Assembly: GCF_902459465.1 (NCBI RefSeq)
Contig: NC_047069.1
Coordinates: 9,548,001-9,612,000 of the forward strand
DNA: 64,000 nucleotides
Source of the DNA: Asterias rubens
Lineage: Eukaryota
Direction of reading: 5' to 3'
Each line of letters starts with the position of its first letter. The first letter of the stretch is position 1. Below, piece after piece: positions 1 to 13,679 of this stretch. The notes beneath the pieces are model-generated. The model was not told the origin of the DNA, ran no database searches, and was given only the letters and a program-made list of their open reading frames with translations. The position numbers and the translations under genes were made by a program.

Positions 1-79
1 GATTCCTCATATGACTCAGACATCAGATTGCGAGTCCGTGAGGTCAGTGCCGAGATGAGTTAAGTGCCATGATAACTTG

Positions 80-3060
80 ACCACTTTCAATTGACTATGC
101 TGAGTAATAAAGTTCACCACAGGCTTAACATTCTATATGTGAATCTGCAATAGGAACTTGAGCCAAGATACCTAAGCCATTTACAATGAATATTATCTAC
201 AAATAAAACTTTTAGGACAGGGAGTTTCACTCCAACCTCCTCATTACCCACCTAAAAATCTGCAAGTTACTGATAAAAACAACAGAAACACCAATTGCTC
301 AATTTCATATAGCTGCTGAAGCATTAAAATACTGCTTAACACATTTAAGGAAAGGCAAATGATTATGACCAAGTTCCAGTTCCACATGATTCAAATGTTT
401 TTTGCTGGTACCCTAAGTTTGGTAAGCATAATTTCATTGTGCTTATAAACACTTCTGCATGCTGAAAGCAGATCAATGAAAAGTTAAACAGGTTAAAACA
501 CTTTAAGAATTGAAAATCTACTTCTATTTTCTTTTCTCCAGTAGGATGCTGATTAAGCAAAACATTTGATGCTAGAACACCATATCTAGCAAAAGTACTT
601 AAACAGGTTAGAATTCCAAAGTGAGTTCATGCTAATTTTGTTTGCTTGTTTCTATTTTCATCTTCAATTTATTCTTTAAAAAGAGGGTACTCTTCCCTAC
701 AGTGGAAATGGAAATAGTTGAAACTTATTTGTGAAAGTGTGAGCTCCTTTACAATCCTTTTTCCATTAATAGTAATCTCTTACGACATTGCGTCACACAC
801 ATGCATCTGAGGCAAACCATTGATTTAGCTACTTCCATCAGCTCCAAAGCTGGAAGAAAGCTGGTGACAATTTACAATCAAATCATCTAAAGCACTCAAG
901 TTCACCACTTGCTTATAACATTGGATTTTGACCCACAATCTATGACACAGCCATCAGAACTTGAGCCAGAGAATTTTGGTCAAGATCCATAGTCATAGTT
1001 AAGCATGTGGTGAATTTTAATGCTTCAAAGAGTTAATTTTATACGGTCAAGTTTTCTTGGCTCAAGTTCTAGTGGCTGAATTGTAGAATGCGGGCCAAGA
1101 TCCATAGTCATAGCTAAGCCTGTGGTGAACTTTAATCTTAGTAGAAGCGTCAATTGCAAATTGTGTGGATCTTGACCCACATCCTAAGATTCGGCCATCA
1201 GAACTTGAGCCAAGATGACCATTTACAATCAACACTTCTATTAACATTAAAGTTTACCACAGGCTTAACTATGACTATGGATTGACCAACATTCTACGAT
1301 TCAACCATCAGAACTTGAGCCATAATAACTTGACCATACAATTAACCCTTCTAAGCATTAAAGTTCAGCACAGTCTAAACTATGACTATGGATCTTGACC
1401 CACATTCTATGAATCTGCCATTACAACTTGTGAGCTAAGATAACTTGTCTATTTACAATCAACGCTTCTTAGCATTAAAGTTCACCACAGGCTTAACATT
1501 TCTTTATCTGAATCTGCCCAACATCAGAACTTGAGCCAAGATAATTTTGCCATTTACAATGAAGATTATTTACAATTTAAACTTTTAAGACAAGAAGTTC
1601 CACTCCAACCTCCTCATGACCCATCCCAAAATCTTACAAATTACTGACAAAAAAAAACACAGAAACACCAGTTGCCAAACTTCATAAAGCTGCTTAAGCA
1701 TTAAAATGTTGATTAACCCATTTTTAGGAAAGGCAAAATGACAGCACACCAGTGACATAGTCCAAGTGACATGCCTATACAGCTACTATCCTTAGTCTGG
1801 TAAGCACCATTTCATTGTGCTTAGCTACTTGAGAACAAAATGCCGCTAAACATTAGTTATTTCATATTTTTCTATGAGCAATACACACCAGTCACATGTT
1901 CCATGTGATATGAATGTTTTGCTTGGTACCCTTAGTCTGGTAAGCATAAATTCATTTAAGTACTTTTGCTGCTGAAAGCAGATCAACAAAATTTGAACAT
2001 TTGAAAAAGTTAAAAGGTTAAAAATATTAAAAATTTTAAAATCTACTATATTGTTCTCTACTCCAGTAGGATGCTGATTAAGCAAAATATCTTATATTAG
2101 AACAAAATACACATCGTGTGTTTGATCTAATGTGTGTTCAGGCTAAATTTTGTTTGATTGTTTTCTATTTTTCAAATTCAATTATTGTTTAAAGGGGGTA
2201 CCCTTCTCTGCAGTTGAAATGGGAACAGTTGTTTACTTTTTGTTTGTTAATAGTACTCCCTTAAGACATTGCGGCACCCACGTGCATCTGAGGGACACCC
2301 AACGATTTAGCTACTTCCAGCTTCAAAGCTGGAAGATAATTTGAAAACAACGCTTTCAGCAAATTACAATTTGTTTAGATGATTAGTTTTTAAAAATTGT
2401 CAATGAAGCATATCATGTATGGTGGTAAAATTTGTGCAACATCTAGAGAGAATGTGGGTCAAGATCCATAGTGAAAATTAAACCTGGAGTAAACTTTAAT
2501 GCTTAGAAGCGTTGATTGTTAATGGTGAAGTTTTCTTGCCTCAAATTCTGATGGCTGAATCGTAGAATGCGGGTCAGGATCCATAGTCATAGTTAAGCCT
2601 GTGGTGAACTTTAAGTTAATATAGAAGCGTTCATTGTAAATTGTGTGGATCTTGACCCACATCCTAAGATTCGGCCATCAGAACTTGAGCCAAGATGACC
2701 ATTTACAATCAACACTTCTATTAACATTAAAGTTCACCATAGGCTTAACTATGACTATGGATCCTGACCCGCATTCTACGATTCAGCCATCAGAGTTTGA
2801 GGCAAGAAAACTTCACCATTAACAATCAACACTTCTAAGCATTAAAGTTTACCCCAGGTTTAATTTTCACTATGGATCTTGACCCACATTCTCTCTAGGT
2901 GTTGCACAAGTTGTACCACCATACATGGTATGCTTCATGGACAATTTTTAAAAGTTAATCATTTAAAAAATTGTGATATGCTTAAAGCAGATTTGTAACA
3001 TTGGGCCCAGATTGAACATTTTCAAAAGTGTAACAGTTAAAAATAGTTTAAAAAGTTAAA
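80..3060. repeat. Degenerate ~115-bp satellite in both orientations, within a ~1.5-kb higher-order duplicated unit
   Basis: The unit (GGTCAAGATCCATAGTCATAGTTAAGCCTGTGGTGAACTTTAATG...) recurs at 984/1099 and 2463/2578, a period of 115. Shared non-satellite blocks recur at ~177/1550, ~410/1925, ~530/2055 and ~783/2265. The same family continues at 4985-7280. Confidence 0.85.
2350..2990. repeat. Long near-perfect inverted repeat (arms ~290 bp, spacer 2642-2700)
   Basis: 2381-2641 is the reverse complement of 2701-2960 with few mismatches, e.g. GATTAGTTTTTAAAAATTGT vs ACAATTTTTAAAAGTTAATC. Weaker similarity extends to ~2350/2990. Confidence 0.9.
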
Positions 3061-3109
3061 AAGTTTTTCAAAAAAGTTAAAAAGTTTAAAAAAAATAATT
3101 TAACACTTA

Positions 3110-4290
3110 TTGGTGTCTTGGTCGCTCATTATTGCTCTTGAACTACATTAGATATGACAGTCCTCCATCAGTATCAAACATGACATACAATCCACTCTGT
3201 GACTGGACTTCATGAAATAAACAACCCATGTAGGTGTCCACTATGCAGTTCTTGCATCTATACTTCAGTCTGCAGTCTCCACTTATACATGTTTCCCTTG
3301 ACTATTTCACCATTAACTCTTATTGGTATCCTGGTTGCTCATTATTGCTCTTGAGCTACATTAAATAAGACAGTCCTCCATCGGTATCAAACATGACATA
3401 CAGACCACTCTGTGACTGGACTTCATGAAATAAACAACCGACAATTGGTGGCAAATATGCATTCTTGCATCTATAATTTTCCTTGACTATGTCACTATCA
3501 ACAATAATTGGTATCCTTGTTGCTCTGAAACTACATAATTTGTTCCTCCATGATATGACAGTCCTCCACCAGTATCAAACATGACATACAGACCACTCTG
3601 TGACTGGACTTCATGAAATAAACAACCGACAATGGTGGCAAATATGCAGTTCTTGCATCTATAATTTTCCTTGACTATGTCACTATCAACAATAATTGGT
3701 ATCCTTGTTGCTCTGAAACTACATAATTTATTCCTCCATGATATGACAGTCCTCCACCAGTATCAAACATGACATACAGACCACTCTGTGACTGGACTTC
3801 ATGAAATAAACAACGTCGTTGATGGCAAATATCCAGTTCTTGCATCTACATCTATAATTGTTTCCTATGTGTCTCCAATGTAAATGTTTCCCTTGACTGT
3901 TTCATCATCAACATTGGTGTCCTTGTTGCTCTGAAACTACATTAGATATGACTGTCCTCCATCAGCACGAAACATGGTACATGACACACAATCCACTCTG
4001 TGATTGGACTTCATGAAATAAACAACTGATGTTGGTATCAATGATAAAGTTCGTGCGTATATACTTGAGTCTGTAGTCTCAAATTACTTTCGTTTCCAAT
4101 GGTTATTTCATCATCAACACATACTGGTATCCTGGTTGTTCATTGCTGTTTTTATTAGATATAACAGTCCTCCATCAGTATCAAACATGACATACAATCC
4201 ACTCTGTGACTGGACTTCATGAAATAAACAACCGATTTCGGTGGAAATTTTGTGCAGTTCTTGCATCTACTTCCATCTGGAGTCTCCACT
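3110..4290. repeat. Tandem array of six ~185-220-bp units
   Basis: The core GACAGTCCTCCA..CAGTATCAAACATGACATACA.ACCACTCTGTGACTGGACTTCATGAAATAAACAAC repeats. Unit starts are near 3112, 3325, 3510, 3698, 3916 and 4126. Confidence 0.9.
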
Positions 4291-5042
4291 TATTAGATGC
4301 ATTGTGATTAGCACCCTGTCATACCAAAGATACAACTTTTGAGAACAAGAAACTTCTGGAATGTCTTCACATGATATGAAGTAACTTCAAACAAATGCCC
4401 TCTCTGATGGTAGCATCTTCTGACTATCTATGGTTAAGGTGTGGATACTGATGCCTCAGTAGTTCAAGCAGGTTTGATTACAATGAAGATGAGACAGTTC
4501 CCAGGGTATGATGGACTGTGCTTGAAATCTGATTGCCTTCATCTGGCTGAGATTCCGAATGTAACATACGATGAGGACAAAAGCTGGCATGCCATTTTGC
4601 TACATTTCCTTGAATGTTTCTCAGGTTATACATACTTTCATCAGTCCGTGTCTTGCAGAGATATCTTCCATTTGACTAACATCCTGAAGAAGATGGAGAA
4701 GATGTCCAGATGCCTTGTCTGACATAAAACAGTCTTATTGATGGTTAAATGCAGCAGAAGATATTGCAGTATCAATATATGCAGGTTTCTTATAGCAGGC
4801 TATTTTCATTGATGGATCAGTAGGGGTTAACTTAACATATCATAACAATTAAAACTTATAAGGTGCTATTCCATCAAGATCATAGCGCAATAGAAAAAAA
4901 GCAATCTCCTCACTTGGCTAAAAAGACGTGAACATTCTGGGGTTAACTTTGCCAAGACCAAAAAATGTCATGCTAAACTAACACCATGGATCTTGACCCA
5001 TATTCTATGACTCTGCCATCAGAAATTGGGCCAAGATAATGA

Positions 5043-6336
5043 TTAGCCATTTACAATGAAAATTATTTACAAATAAAACTTCTAAGACAGGAGGTACGTT
5101 TCATTACTCATGTAAAGATCTTTAAAATTTCTGATAAAAACTACAAAAACACCAATTGCCCTATTTCATAAAGCTGCTGAAGCAGTAAAATACTGCTTAA
5201 CACATTTTAAGGAGAGGCAAAAACGGTAGTGTTTTAGTCACATGGTCCATGTGACATGATTGTTTTAGCTGGTACCCTTAGACTGGTAAGCATAATTTCA
5301 TTGTGCTTAATTACTTTTAAGCACACTATGTTTGTCTTTGAGGTACAAATTGTGCTTTTGAATTTTCATTTTACTTGGATTTAATCAATTCAATTTTGTG
5401 GAAAGTTTTGTACTTCAGGAACCTAGCTATGCTTATATAATACCTTAGAGCATTTATAGACAAATTGGGTGGGACTCGAACCCACAACAATCTGCATGGT
5501 TGAGCAGATGTCATACCTTACACCAACAACATTGCCTATCAATACTGAAAGGTATTGCAGTAGCTTCACATAGGGAAGTCGCTGAAGCACAAAATATAAA
5601 AACTGAAAAACATATAAAGATTTTTTACCAAGTAAAATTAGGAAACTTCAGCATAAGTTGAACCCAGAACCATCCAAGTGAGATCAATGGAAGTACAAAA
5701 TGCATACAAGTCGATGGTGTACAAAAAAGGCTTTTGGGAAAAGACTTTGGCATGGCATTCCAATCCTTTTAATGTGTTAAAGAAAAATTTTCTATGGGAT
5801 TTGAGACATTGCATGGTGAGGTATCGATATTTATTTGGTTTGTGGTAACACCATGTGTTTTGTCTACTTGCAAGGTAGATTTTGTTCTTGCTATTTATTG
5901 TACTATCACAGAGTAGATTTTCAGGAGACTTCTCTGTTCTGAAAAGAACTGTCCTGCCTTTTAACTACTACCTGGGCGGAAGGTAGAAAATCTGCCGGTA
6001 ATACTACTTAGGCTAATAGATCGCTATATTAACTTCACTAAAATAAAGTGAGTGCTTAATTGGTCTTAGCCATTTACAATGAAAATGATTTACTATTTAA
6101 ACTTCTAAGACAGGAAGTACGTTTCATTACTCATGTAAAGATCTTTAAAATTTCTGATAAAAACTACAAAAACACCAATTGCCCAATTTCATAAAGCTGC
6201 TGAAGCAGTAAAATACTGAATAACACATTTAAAGGAGAGGCAAAAACGATAGTGTTTTAGTCACATGGTCCATGTGACATGATTGTTTTAGCTGGTACCC
6301 TTAGACTGGTAAGCATAATTTCATTGTGCTTAATTA
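5043..6336. repeat. 271-bp direct repeats (5043-5313, 6066-6336) flanking a 752-bp insert
   Basis: Both copies run TTAGCCATTTACAATG...GTGCTTAATTA, are the same length and are near-identical. Insert 5323-6065 matches 12107-12710 plus ~13530-13683. Confidence 0.9.
5455..5545 (-). mobile_element. Degenerate tRNA-derived SINE head (further copies at ~12245-12330, ~13995-14085 and ~14420-14490)
   Basis: The minus strand has B box GTGGGTTCGAGTCCCACCC and aligns by eye to the tRNA-like head at 44631-44707. Confidence 0.6.
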
Positions 6337-7296
6337 TATTTGCGTGCTGAAAGCAGATCAATGAAATTTGAACATTATTTGTTAAAAAAGTTAACTTACA
6401 TTTAAAAATTTTAATTTAAAAAAGTTTAAAACGTTTAAAATTAAAAATAAATTTTAAAAGTTAAAAACGTTAAAAATTCTAAAATTTACTACTATCTCTT
6501 TTCTCAGTGGGATGTCGATTAAGCAAAACATCTGATGCAAGAACAAAATATCTAGAAAGTACCAGTACTTTAAAAAGTTGGAAACTCCAAATTGTGTTCA
6601 GGCTAATTTTGTTTGTTTGTTTTCACTGCTTATAAAAGAGGGTACCCTTCCCTGCAGTTGAAATGGAAATAGTTTAAACTTGACGCACACCCAACGATTT
6701 AGCTTTATTTCCAGCACGAAAGCTGGAGGATAATTTAAAAATTTACAACCAACACTTCTAACATTCAAGTTTACCACTTGCTTATAACATTTGATTTTGA
6801 CCCACATTCTATGACTCAGCCTTTAGAACTTGAGCCAGAGAATGTGGGTCAAGATCCATAGTCATAGTTAAGCCTTTGCTGATTGTTAATACTTAGAGGC
6901 AGTGATTGTAAATGGTCAAGTTTTCTTGCCTCAAATTCTGATGGCTGAATCGTAGAATGCGGGTCAAGATCCATAGTCATAGTCATGCCTTTGATAAACT
7001 TAATTCATAATAGAAGTGTTCATTGTAAATAGTGTGAATCTTGATCCACATCCTAAGATTCGGCCATCAGAACTTGAGCCAAGATGACCATTTACAATCA
7101 ATGCTTCTAATTAACATTAAAGTTCACCGCAGGCATAACATATGACTATGGATCTTGACCCGAATTCTGCGACTCTCCCATCAGAAATTGTGCCAAGATA
7201 ACTTGACCCTTAACAATCAATGCTTCTAAGCATTAAAGTTCACCACAGGCTAAACAATGACTATGGATCTTGACCCACATGCACTATAGTCTATGC

Positions 7297-7797
7297 ACTA
7301 TAGCCGGCTAACTTGAGACAAGCTTAGACAGTCTTTAGTTTTAGATCGATTGCAATAGTGCGGTCTATAATTATAGCCATTCTTAAATCTTAAATGTTAA
7401 GCCCGCTCTTAGCTTGCTATATAATCAGTCTATATTAATATATAGACTTGATAATGATTTGATAATGGTTTTTAAAGATGGCGCTGCATTTGTTAGTTTT
7501 AGATTGTTTGATGCAAAGATCTCTACGCAAATTTCTCTTCAGTGCCAACTTCTGTGCTTGGATAAAGGCTGGTCGCCTCATATTCTTACTTTGGTGTTTT
7601 TCCAGGCCATCACTAATTGTTGTTACGGATGGTTTGGCATTATTGGATAATGCCGACCAGTTGTAATCAAAGCTAAAGTAATGGGTGTTTGTTCGTATTT
7701 CATTACTTTTCGCCGACTTATCTAAGAATGGCTCATTGCAATCAGGCTTGATGACTGACTAAGCTAAGACTGTCTAAGACAGATAGGTGACTATAAC
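7297..7797. mobile_element. Putative non-autonomous DNA transposon with imperfect TIRs
   Basis: The left end TATAGCCGGCTA..CTTAGACAGTCT..GATTGCAAT is mirrored at the right end by ATTGCAATC..AGACTGTCTAAG..TAGGTGACTATA. There is no transposase ORF. Confidence 0.45.
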
Positions 7798-8946
7798 TGA
7801 CTGGTGAAAACACATGAATATTCTGGGGCTTTTTTTGTTTAGCACGAAAACTGTCAAAGTATGATCTAGGTCTAGCTTCATGGAACTGCATAAGCAGATT
7901 CATTATCTACGTAACAAAAATGAGTATTGCACATGTGTCATAGCGTCTTTACTGGTAATGTTTATTCTGGTAAGCATAATGTTGTTGTGCTCAGCTGCTC
8001 TTTGTGCTTAAGCAGCTCAGTTTTTGAAAGAGCTGCAGAATTTCAATTTCATTAAATTTCTTTGAGCAGAAAAGTTAGCAGAAAACCAGTCAAAATCAGT
8101 ACATGTGGATTGGTACTTTGCCTGGTTACTCTGGTAAGCTGGTAGTTTTGGCTAAGCTGCTTTTTGTTTAAGCTGCTCTTTGTTTAAGCAGCTCTATGAA
8201 ATTGGGTCCTGAAATGAATCATCGGCTGCTGATCCATTTTGATCCACTTTGGGTCAGGTCTCATTTCAAGTTGTTAAGCAGCAATTGCTAATAAGAATAT
8301 AAACCTGCTAACCATTTTTTTCAAATGTGTTTGTGAAATTGAACTCTTTGTAATGTGTAGTAACGGATGACCCCAAACATCAGGTTTGGTGTTACATACA
8401 TGTAAAAACAACTATTGGATGAAAGAAGTTTTCAACTTATTGTTCACTAATAAACACATCCCTTCATGCATACCTCCTTGAAATAGATCAGATGGAGAAA
8501 TCTGGACTGAAAACAAATTTTTCAACCTCCTGTTTTTCTGTAAAGTTTGACAATAATTGTGGTTTACTCCCATAACAAGGGGTCACACTTAGCAAATAAC
8601 TGGTTGGAATGTGTTTTAACATTGAAAACTCACAGCATTATCAAGTGGTAATGCCTTCAAGAGTTTTTGTAACAACATCTACACAGACTTTGCATAAATA
8701 AGGAAGATTTTAAAAGCAAAATGATTGAACCTTTTGTCTTTCTGTTACTTTGGGTAACTTTGGTAAAAACTTCCAATTAGTCTGATCAGAGGATATTCCA
8801 TTAATTGTGTCTATTACTAGTAAATAGTATATACCCTACACACAGATCTTTGTCAATATTGATTGCTGTAAATATGCATCATGTGTCATCCTTTTTTTTT
8901 ACCATGTATACTGCCAAAGTGCTCCAAAAACTTAATATAGAAGTCC

Positions 8947-9098
8947 TGGGGCCAATTTCACAAGGAGTTAAGTTTGATCTTAACTGCAAATCAATCAAAG
9001 TTGTTAAGTAAAGTTGTGATGTCGGAGTAGAAATCACGTTCATGATTAAACTGACAAATTGTCTTGGGATGAATTTTATTGCTTTGTGAAATCGATCC
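8947..9098. mobile_element. Short MITE (PIF/Harbinger-like termini)
   Basis: TIRs GGGGCCAATTTCACAAG ... TTGTGAAATCGATCCCC. Related half-termini (ATGAAATTGGG.CCTG) occur at ~8195 and ~17300. Confidence 0.5.
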
Positions 9099-12000
9099 CC
9101 GATTATAGGACACTTCTGATTGGTAAATTAAGTCTTAACGAGGGTTGTGCCACTGCAGACATGGTTAGTGTCTACATAGAGTCTTCCACATTATTTAGAT
9201 TTTTTTTTTTAATTATCAGAGAGTGTGGATGGACAAGATCCCTGTCTATATTGAGTTTATTTGTGACCAATGACAAGGATCAGTGGGTGATGAGTAAAAC
9301 AAATATTAAATCATTGGTTGTCTCAGAAGACCCCCTGTGAAATCTGTTTTGTTTATTTCAATATTTGACAACTGTTGTTCTGTCAAATGACATGTTTGTT
9401 TGCAAAGTTATGATTGCAAAACACACATTTCCTTAAACCAATGTCTCACATTCCCTCCATTACTTTGCAACTTAACAAACACAATTATAAAATAAAAATG
9501 TGCTGTAATCGCTGAACAATTTCACCAAATGCTACACAAAAGGTATTGGTCGCTACTCATCAAAAATCATCATTCAATACTCAATAATAGTTTTTAGATG
9601 AAATCGCTCCCTGATATTAGTTTCACATTACATTTGGTAATATTATCAAAGATTCTCACTTGGTGATCCGCACATTTTGCATAAAAATACAAATCTGTGA
9701 ACAATTGTTTCTGAAGTTTAATACTATAAACAGTTATCCAGAGCTCGTTAAATTACCAAGAAATTTTGATACTAACAATTACCAGAAGTAACAACGAATA
9801 GTGTCCAATGACTTTAAGGAGTCAAATTTTAAAGTCTGATAATTTAACAAAATTGAGAATATTGATACAGCACCCAGTATTTTATGTACAAAGTATTCAG
9901 TTCTCCAATTACACAAAGTCAACATATTGCTAACATGCCATTCACACAGTCACATTGTTTCCCTCGTCCTTTGGTTTAGTCCAATAAATATTGAAAGTAA
10001 TCACAATGGAAAAGGCATTGTGATTGTTAAAATGATGCCTGCTACACACATGGTAAAATGCTGCTATTTGCCAGACCCGTTGGTCCAGCACGCGATGTCC
10101 ATATTGAGGGAAATTCTCAAACAAATCTGGTTTTGGTCGGAGACATGGTCTGACCAATGGCAGTGAAAGAGGGTCCTTATAATATCATATCCTGACCTCG
10201 GGAGTCATTACATATTTGAATCATGCCGACCTATATGCAAAGGGTAAGATGGGAAACTTGTCCGGCAGCGCAATATGTAACCGTTTCGATTCACTAGCGC
10301 ATTCATTACACAAAGCTGCTGCTCCTGCCCGATGCAATAGTGGTTTAAAGACAACAAAGATTTGTGGGTATAGGGAATACAGCCAAATCAAGATCCACTG
10401 TCAACTTTTATTTAGCAAAGTCAAAAGTTAAAAACCACTACAATTGTTTACTCAGGAAAGAAGCTTAATTTCCCTAGAGTAATGCCTCATTGAGTAAAGT
10501 CTCAATGAGTTATACGAGTATTGCCTCGATGCCTAATTGAGTAATTACTCAATAAGTGAGATTGATATGATAGTACTGTTACAAGAAGTCATATTCGATT
10601 ATACAAATTACACACTTGCAATGGGGAACAAAAATGGGTTAAACTCAGATGTTTATAAACAAATTGTTCTGTACCTTCACAGAAGAAACTGTGCTTTACT
10701 CTTCAGCAATCACTTGAGGTGTCCTGCTCAGTCTTGTTCTTGAAAATGTTCACCAGTGGCAGGATCCAGGTCCAGGGGGAGCTGTGGCCACTAAGCCCCC
10801 ACCAGCATCCAACATCCATCCAAAGTGACACTTTTGAAACTCCTTCTGATTTTCTTCCCTTCATCAACATCAGTCAATGAAGGCTACTGCCCGGTGACGT
10901 AGTAACAACCGTCTACTTCTCCTGGGTTGTGTGGTTGTGTAGCTACCGTTAGTTCAGAGATCCAGCTGAGTTTTGGTCTTCCAACCCTGTGTCCATGTGT
11001 GGTTCCATTAAGCACTGCTACTGCAAGACCACTCTAGCGTACTGCATGGCAATTCAATAGCAACTCTATAGAAATGAAAATCAGATACACAATATTGAAT
11101 TGTTTTCAGAACAGGCTTAATAGCAAAAGCAGGCACCATGAAGCCAATGATAGCACAGTTGGTGTCTGTTACTCCAGAATCCTTAACAGTAAACAGGTTT
11201 TCTTATAGTTCAGTTTAAAAAGATGGAATGTCACTGAAATTTAGAAAAGTGATTGTTAAAAACTGAGTTTGATGTTTTGACTGGGATTTTAAATGATGTG
11301 AAAATAGATTTCGCTGTTGGAAAATTTGTCACAGCAAAAAGAATTGGTATAGTGACTGCTTCTGTTGTTTATGTGTGTTGTGTTGTGTTGTCATTTGTCA
11401 GCCTTTGTCAAGCCGTTTACAAACAATAACTTGCATTTTTGTTGGGGTGATTTGTTTTTGTTCTTTGTTTTGTCTGTTTGTTTTTTTTGGCAGGGGGGGG
11501 GGGTTGGGTATTAGTTTATCAGATGGAAATATTTCTTTGGAGAATTGGAACTGGTTATGAGTTTTATAACAGAGAGTGAGCCTTTGGACTCAACTAGTAA
11601 AAGTTGTTTGGGTATAATTACTAATTGTGAAAATGGACTTTTTGTCAAAAGAATGATGAACTTGCACAATGATTTTTTAGCTGATACAGCTATTGCTGGC
11701 AAAAGAAAATAATTAAAATTGTTGGACCACTATAGGTTTCTAATCAATTGAGCAACACTGGAGGAATTTCATGTTTATGAATATTAACTTCCAAAAGGAT
11801 TTTAATTGTCAAAATCTAATAGTTACCTCAAAGGTCACTCATGTTTTTAATGACATAACTAAAGTGATTTGCTTGGTTGGTAAAGCTGGCAATGCTCAAA
11901 AGGTTCAGCTGGAAAGGCTTGTTAGCATGCAATTGTTAACAATGTACAATCAACGTTAACATTTATTTCTAGCAAATTCTACCCCTGCACATGCAAACAC

Positions 12001-12860
12001 AAAGTTGCTATTTGTTCTTCACCAACTAAATAATGAAAACTGCCTGAGCATATTTTCTCTAACTCATTTGCATAAGTTTTGGTGAAAAAAATACTGAAAA
12101 GGAAGTACACTATGTTTGTCTTTTGGGTACAAATTATGCTTTTGAATTTTCATTTTACTTGGATTCAATCAATTCAATTTTGTGGAAAGTTTTGTACTTC
12201 AGGAACCTAGCTATGCTTATATAATACCTTAGAGCATTTATAGACAAATTGGGTGGGACTCGAACCCACAACAATCTGCATGGTTGAGCAGATGTCATAC
12301 CTTACACCAACAAGATTGCCTATCAATGCTGAAAGGTATTGCAGTAGCTTCACATAGGGAAGTCGCTGAAGCACAAAATATAAAAACTGAAAAACATATA
12401 AAGATTTTTTACCAAGTAAAATTAGGAAATTTCAGCATAAGTTGAACCCAGAATCATCCAAGTGAGATTAATGGAAGTACATAATGCATACAAGTCGATG
12501 GTGTACAAAAAAGGCTTTGGGAAAAGACTTTGGCATGGCATTTCAATCCTTTTAATGTGTTCAAGAAAAAATTTCTATGGGATTTGAGACATTGCATGGT
12601 GAGGTATCGATATTTATTTGGTTTGTGGTAAAACCATGTGTTTTGTCTACTTGCAAGGTAGATTTTGTTCTTGCTATTTATTCTACTATCACAGAGTAGA
12701 TTTTCAGGATATCCAAGAAGATATGCAGAGTTTTTCCTTAAAGTAAACATGGGAAACTAAGACAGAAATTGAACCCAGAACCGTCTCATAAGTTGAACCA
12801 GGAATGGAAGCACACGTACAAAGCTGGTTTACAAATATACAAAGTTTTTTAACCAAGTAA

Positions 12861-13301
12861 AAGTAGGAAACTTCAGCATAAGTTGCAACCAAGAACAACC
12901 AAGTGAGATCAATGGAAGTAGGAAACTTCAGCATAAGTTGCAAACAAGAACAACCAAGTGAGATCAATGGAAGTAGGAAACTTCAGCATAAGTTGCAAAG
13001 AAGAACAACCAAGTGAGATCAATGGAAGTAGGCAACTTCAGCATAAGTTGCAACCAAGAACAACCAAGTGAGATTAATGGAAGTAGGAAACTTCAGCATA
13101 AGTTGCAACCAAGAACAACCAAGTGAGATCAATGGAAGTAGGAAACTTCAGCAGAAGTTGCAACAAAGAACAACCAAGTGAGATCAATGGAAGTAGGAAA
13201 CTTCAGCATAAGTTGCAACCAAGAACAACCAAGTGAGATCAATGGAAGTAGGAAACTTCAGCATAAGTTGCAACCAAGAAACATCCAAGTAAGATCAATG
13301 G
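12861..13301. repeat. Minisatellite, 8 x 55 bp
   Basis: The unit AAGTAGGAAACTTCAGCATAAGTTGCAACCAAGAACAACCAAGTGAGATCAATGG starts at 12861, 12916, 12971, 13026, 13081, 13136, 13191 and 13246. Confidence 0.97.
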
Positions 13302-13679
13302 AAGAACATGCAAACAAAGTTGCTGGTGTACAAAAAGGATTTTGTGAAAATACTTTGGCGAGACATGTCAATCATTTTAATGTGTTTAAGAAATTGTTTC
13401 TATGGGATTTGAGGGATTGCATGGTGAGGTATTGATATATATTTAGTTTGTGGCAACACCATGTGTGTAGATACTTGCCAGGTTGAGTTATTGCTATAAT
13501 CTATATTCTACTACCACAGAGAAGATTTTCAGGAGACTTCTCTCAAGTCCTCTGTTCTGAAAAGAACTGCCAAGCTTTTTAATTACTACCTGGGCGGAAG
13601 GTAGAAAATCGGCCGGGAATACTACTTAAGCTAATAGGATAGTTTTTAACTTCACTACCTCGAAGTAAGTTCTTAATTG

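Noticed and set aside
4620-4660. CUGAUGA...GAAA on the minus strand as a hammerhead
   Set aside because: No credible stem II or stem I can be formed.
4441-4722. 93-aa ORF as a host gene
   Set aside because: No recognisable motif in any frame, a GTG start, and no supporting exons.
12861-13301. CRISPR-like array (also considered for the 114-bp and 144-bp arrays)
   Set aside because: Units are contiguous with no unique spacers, there are no cas genes, and the context is eukaryotic.
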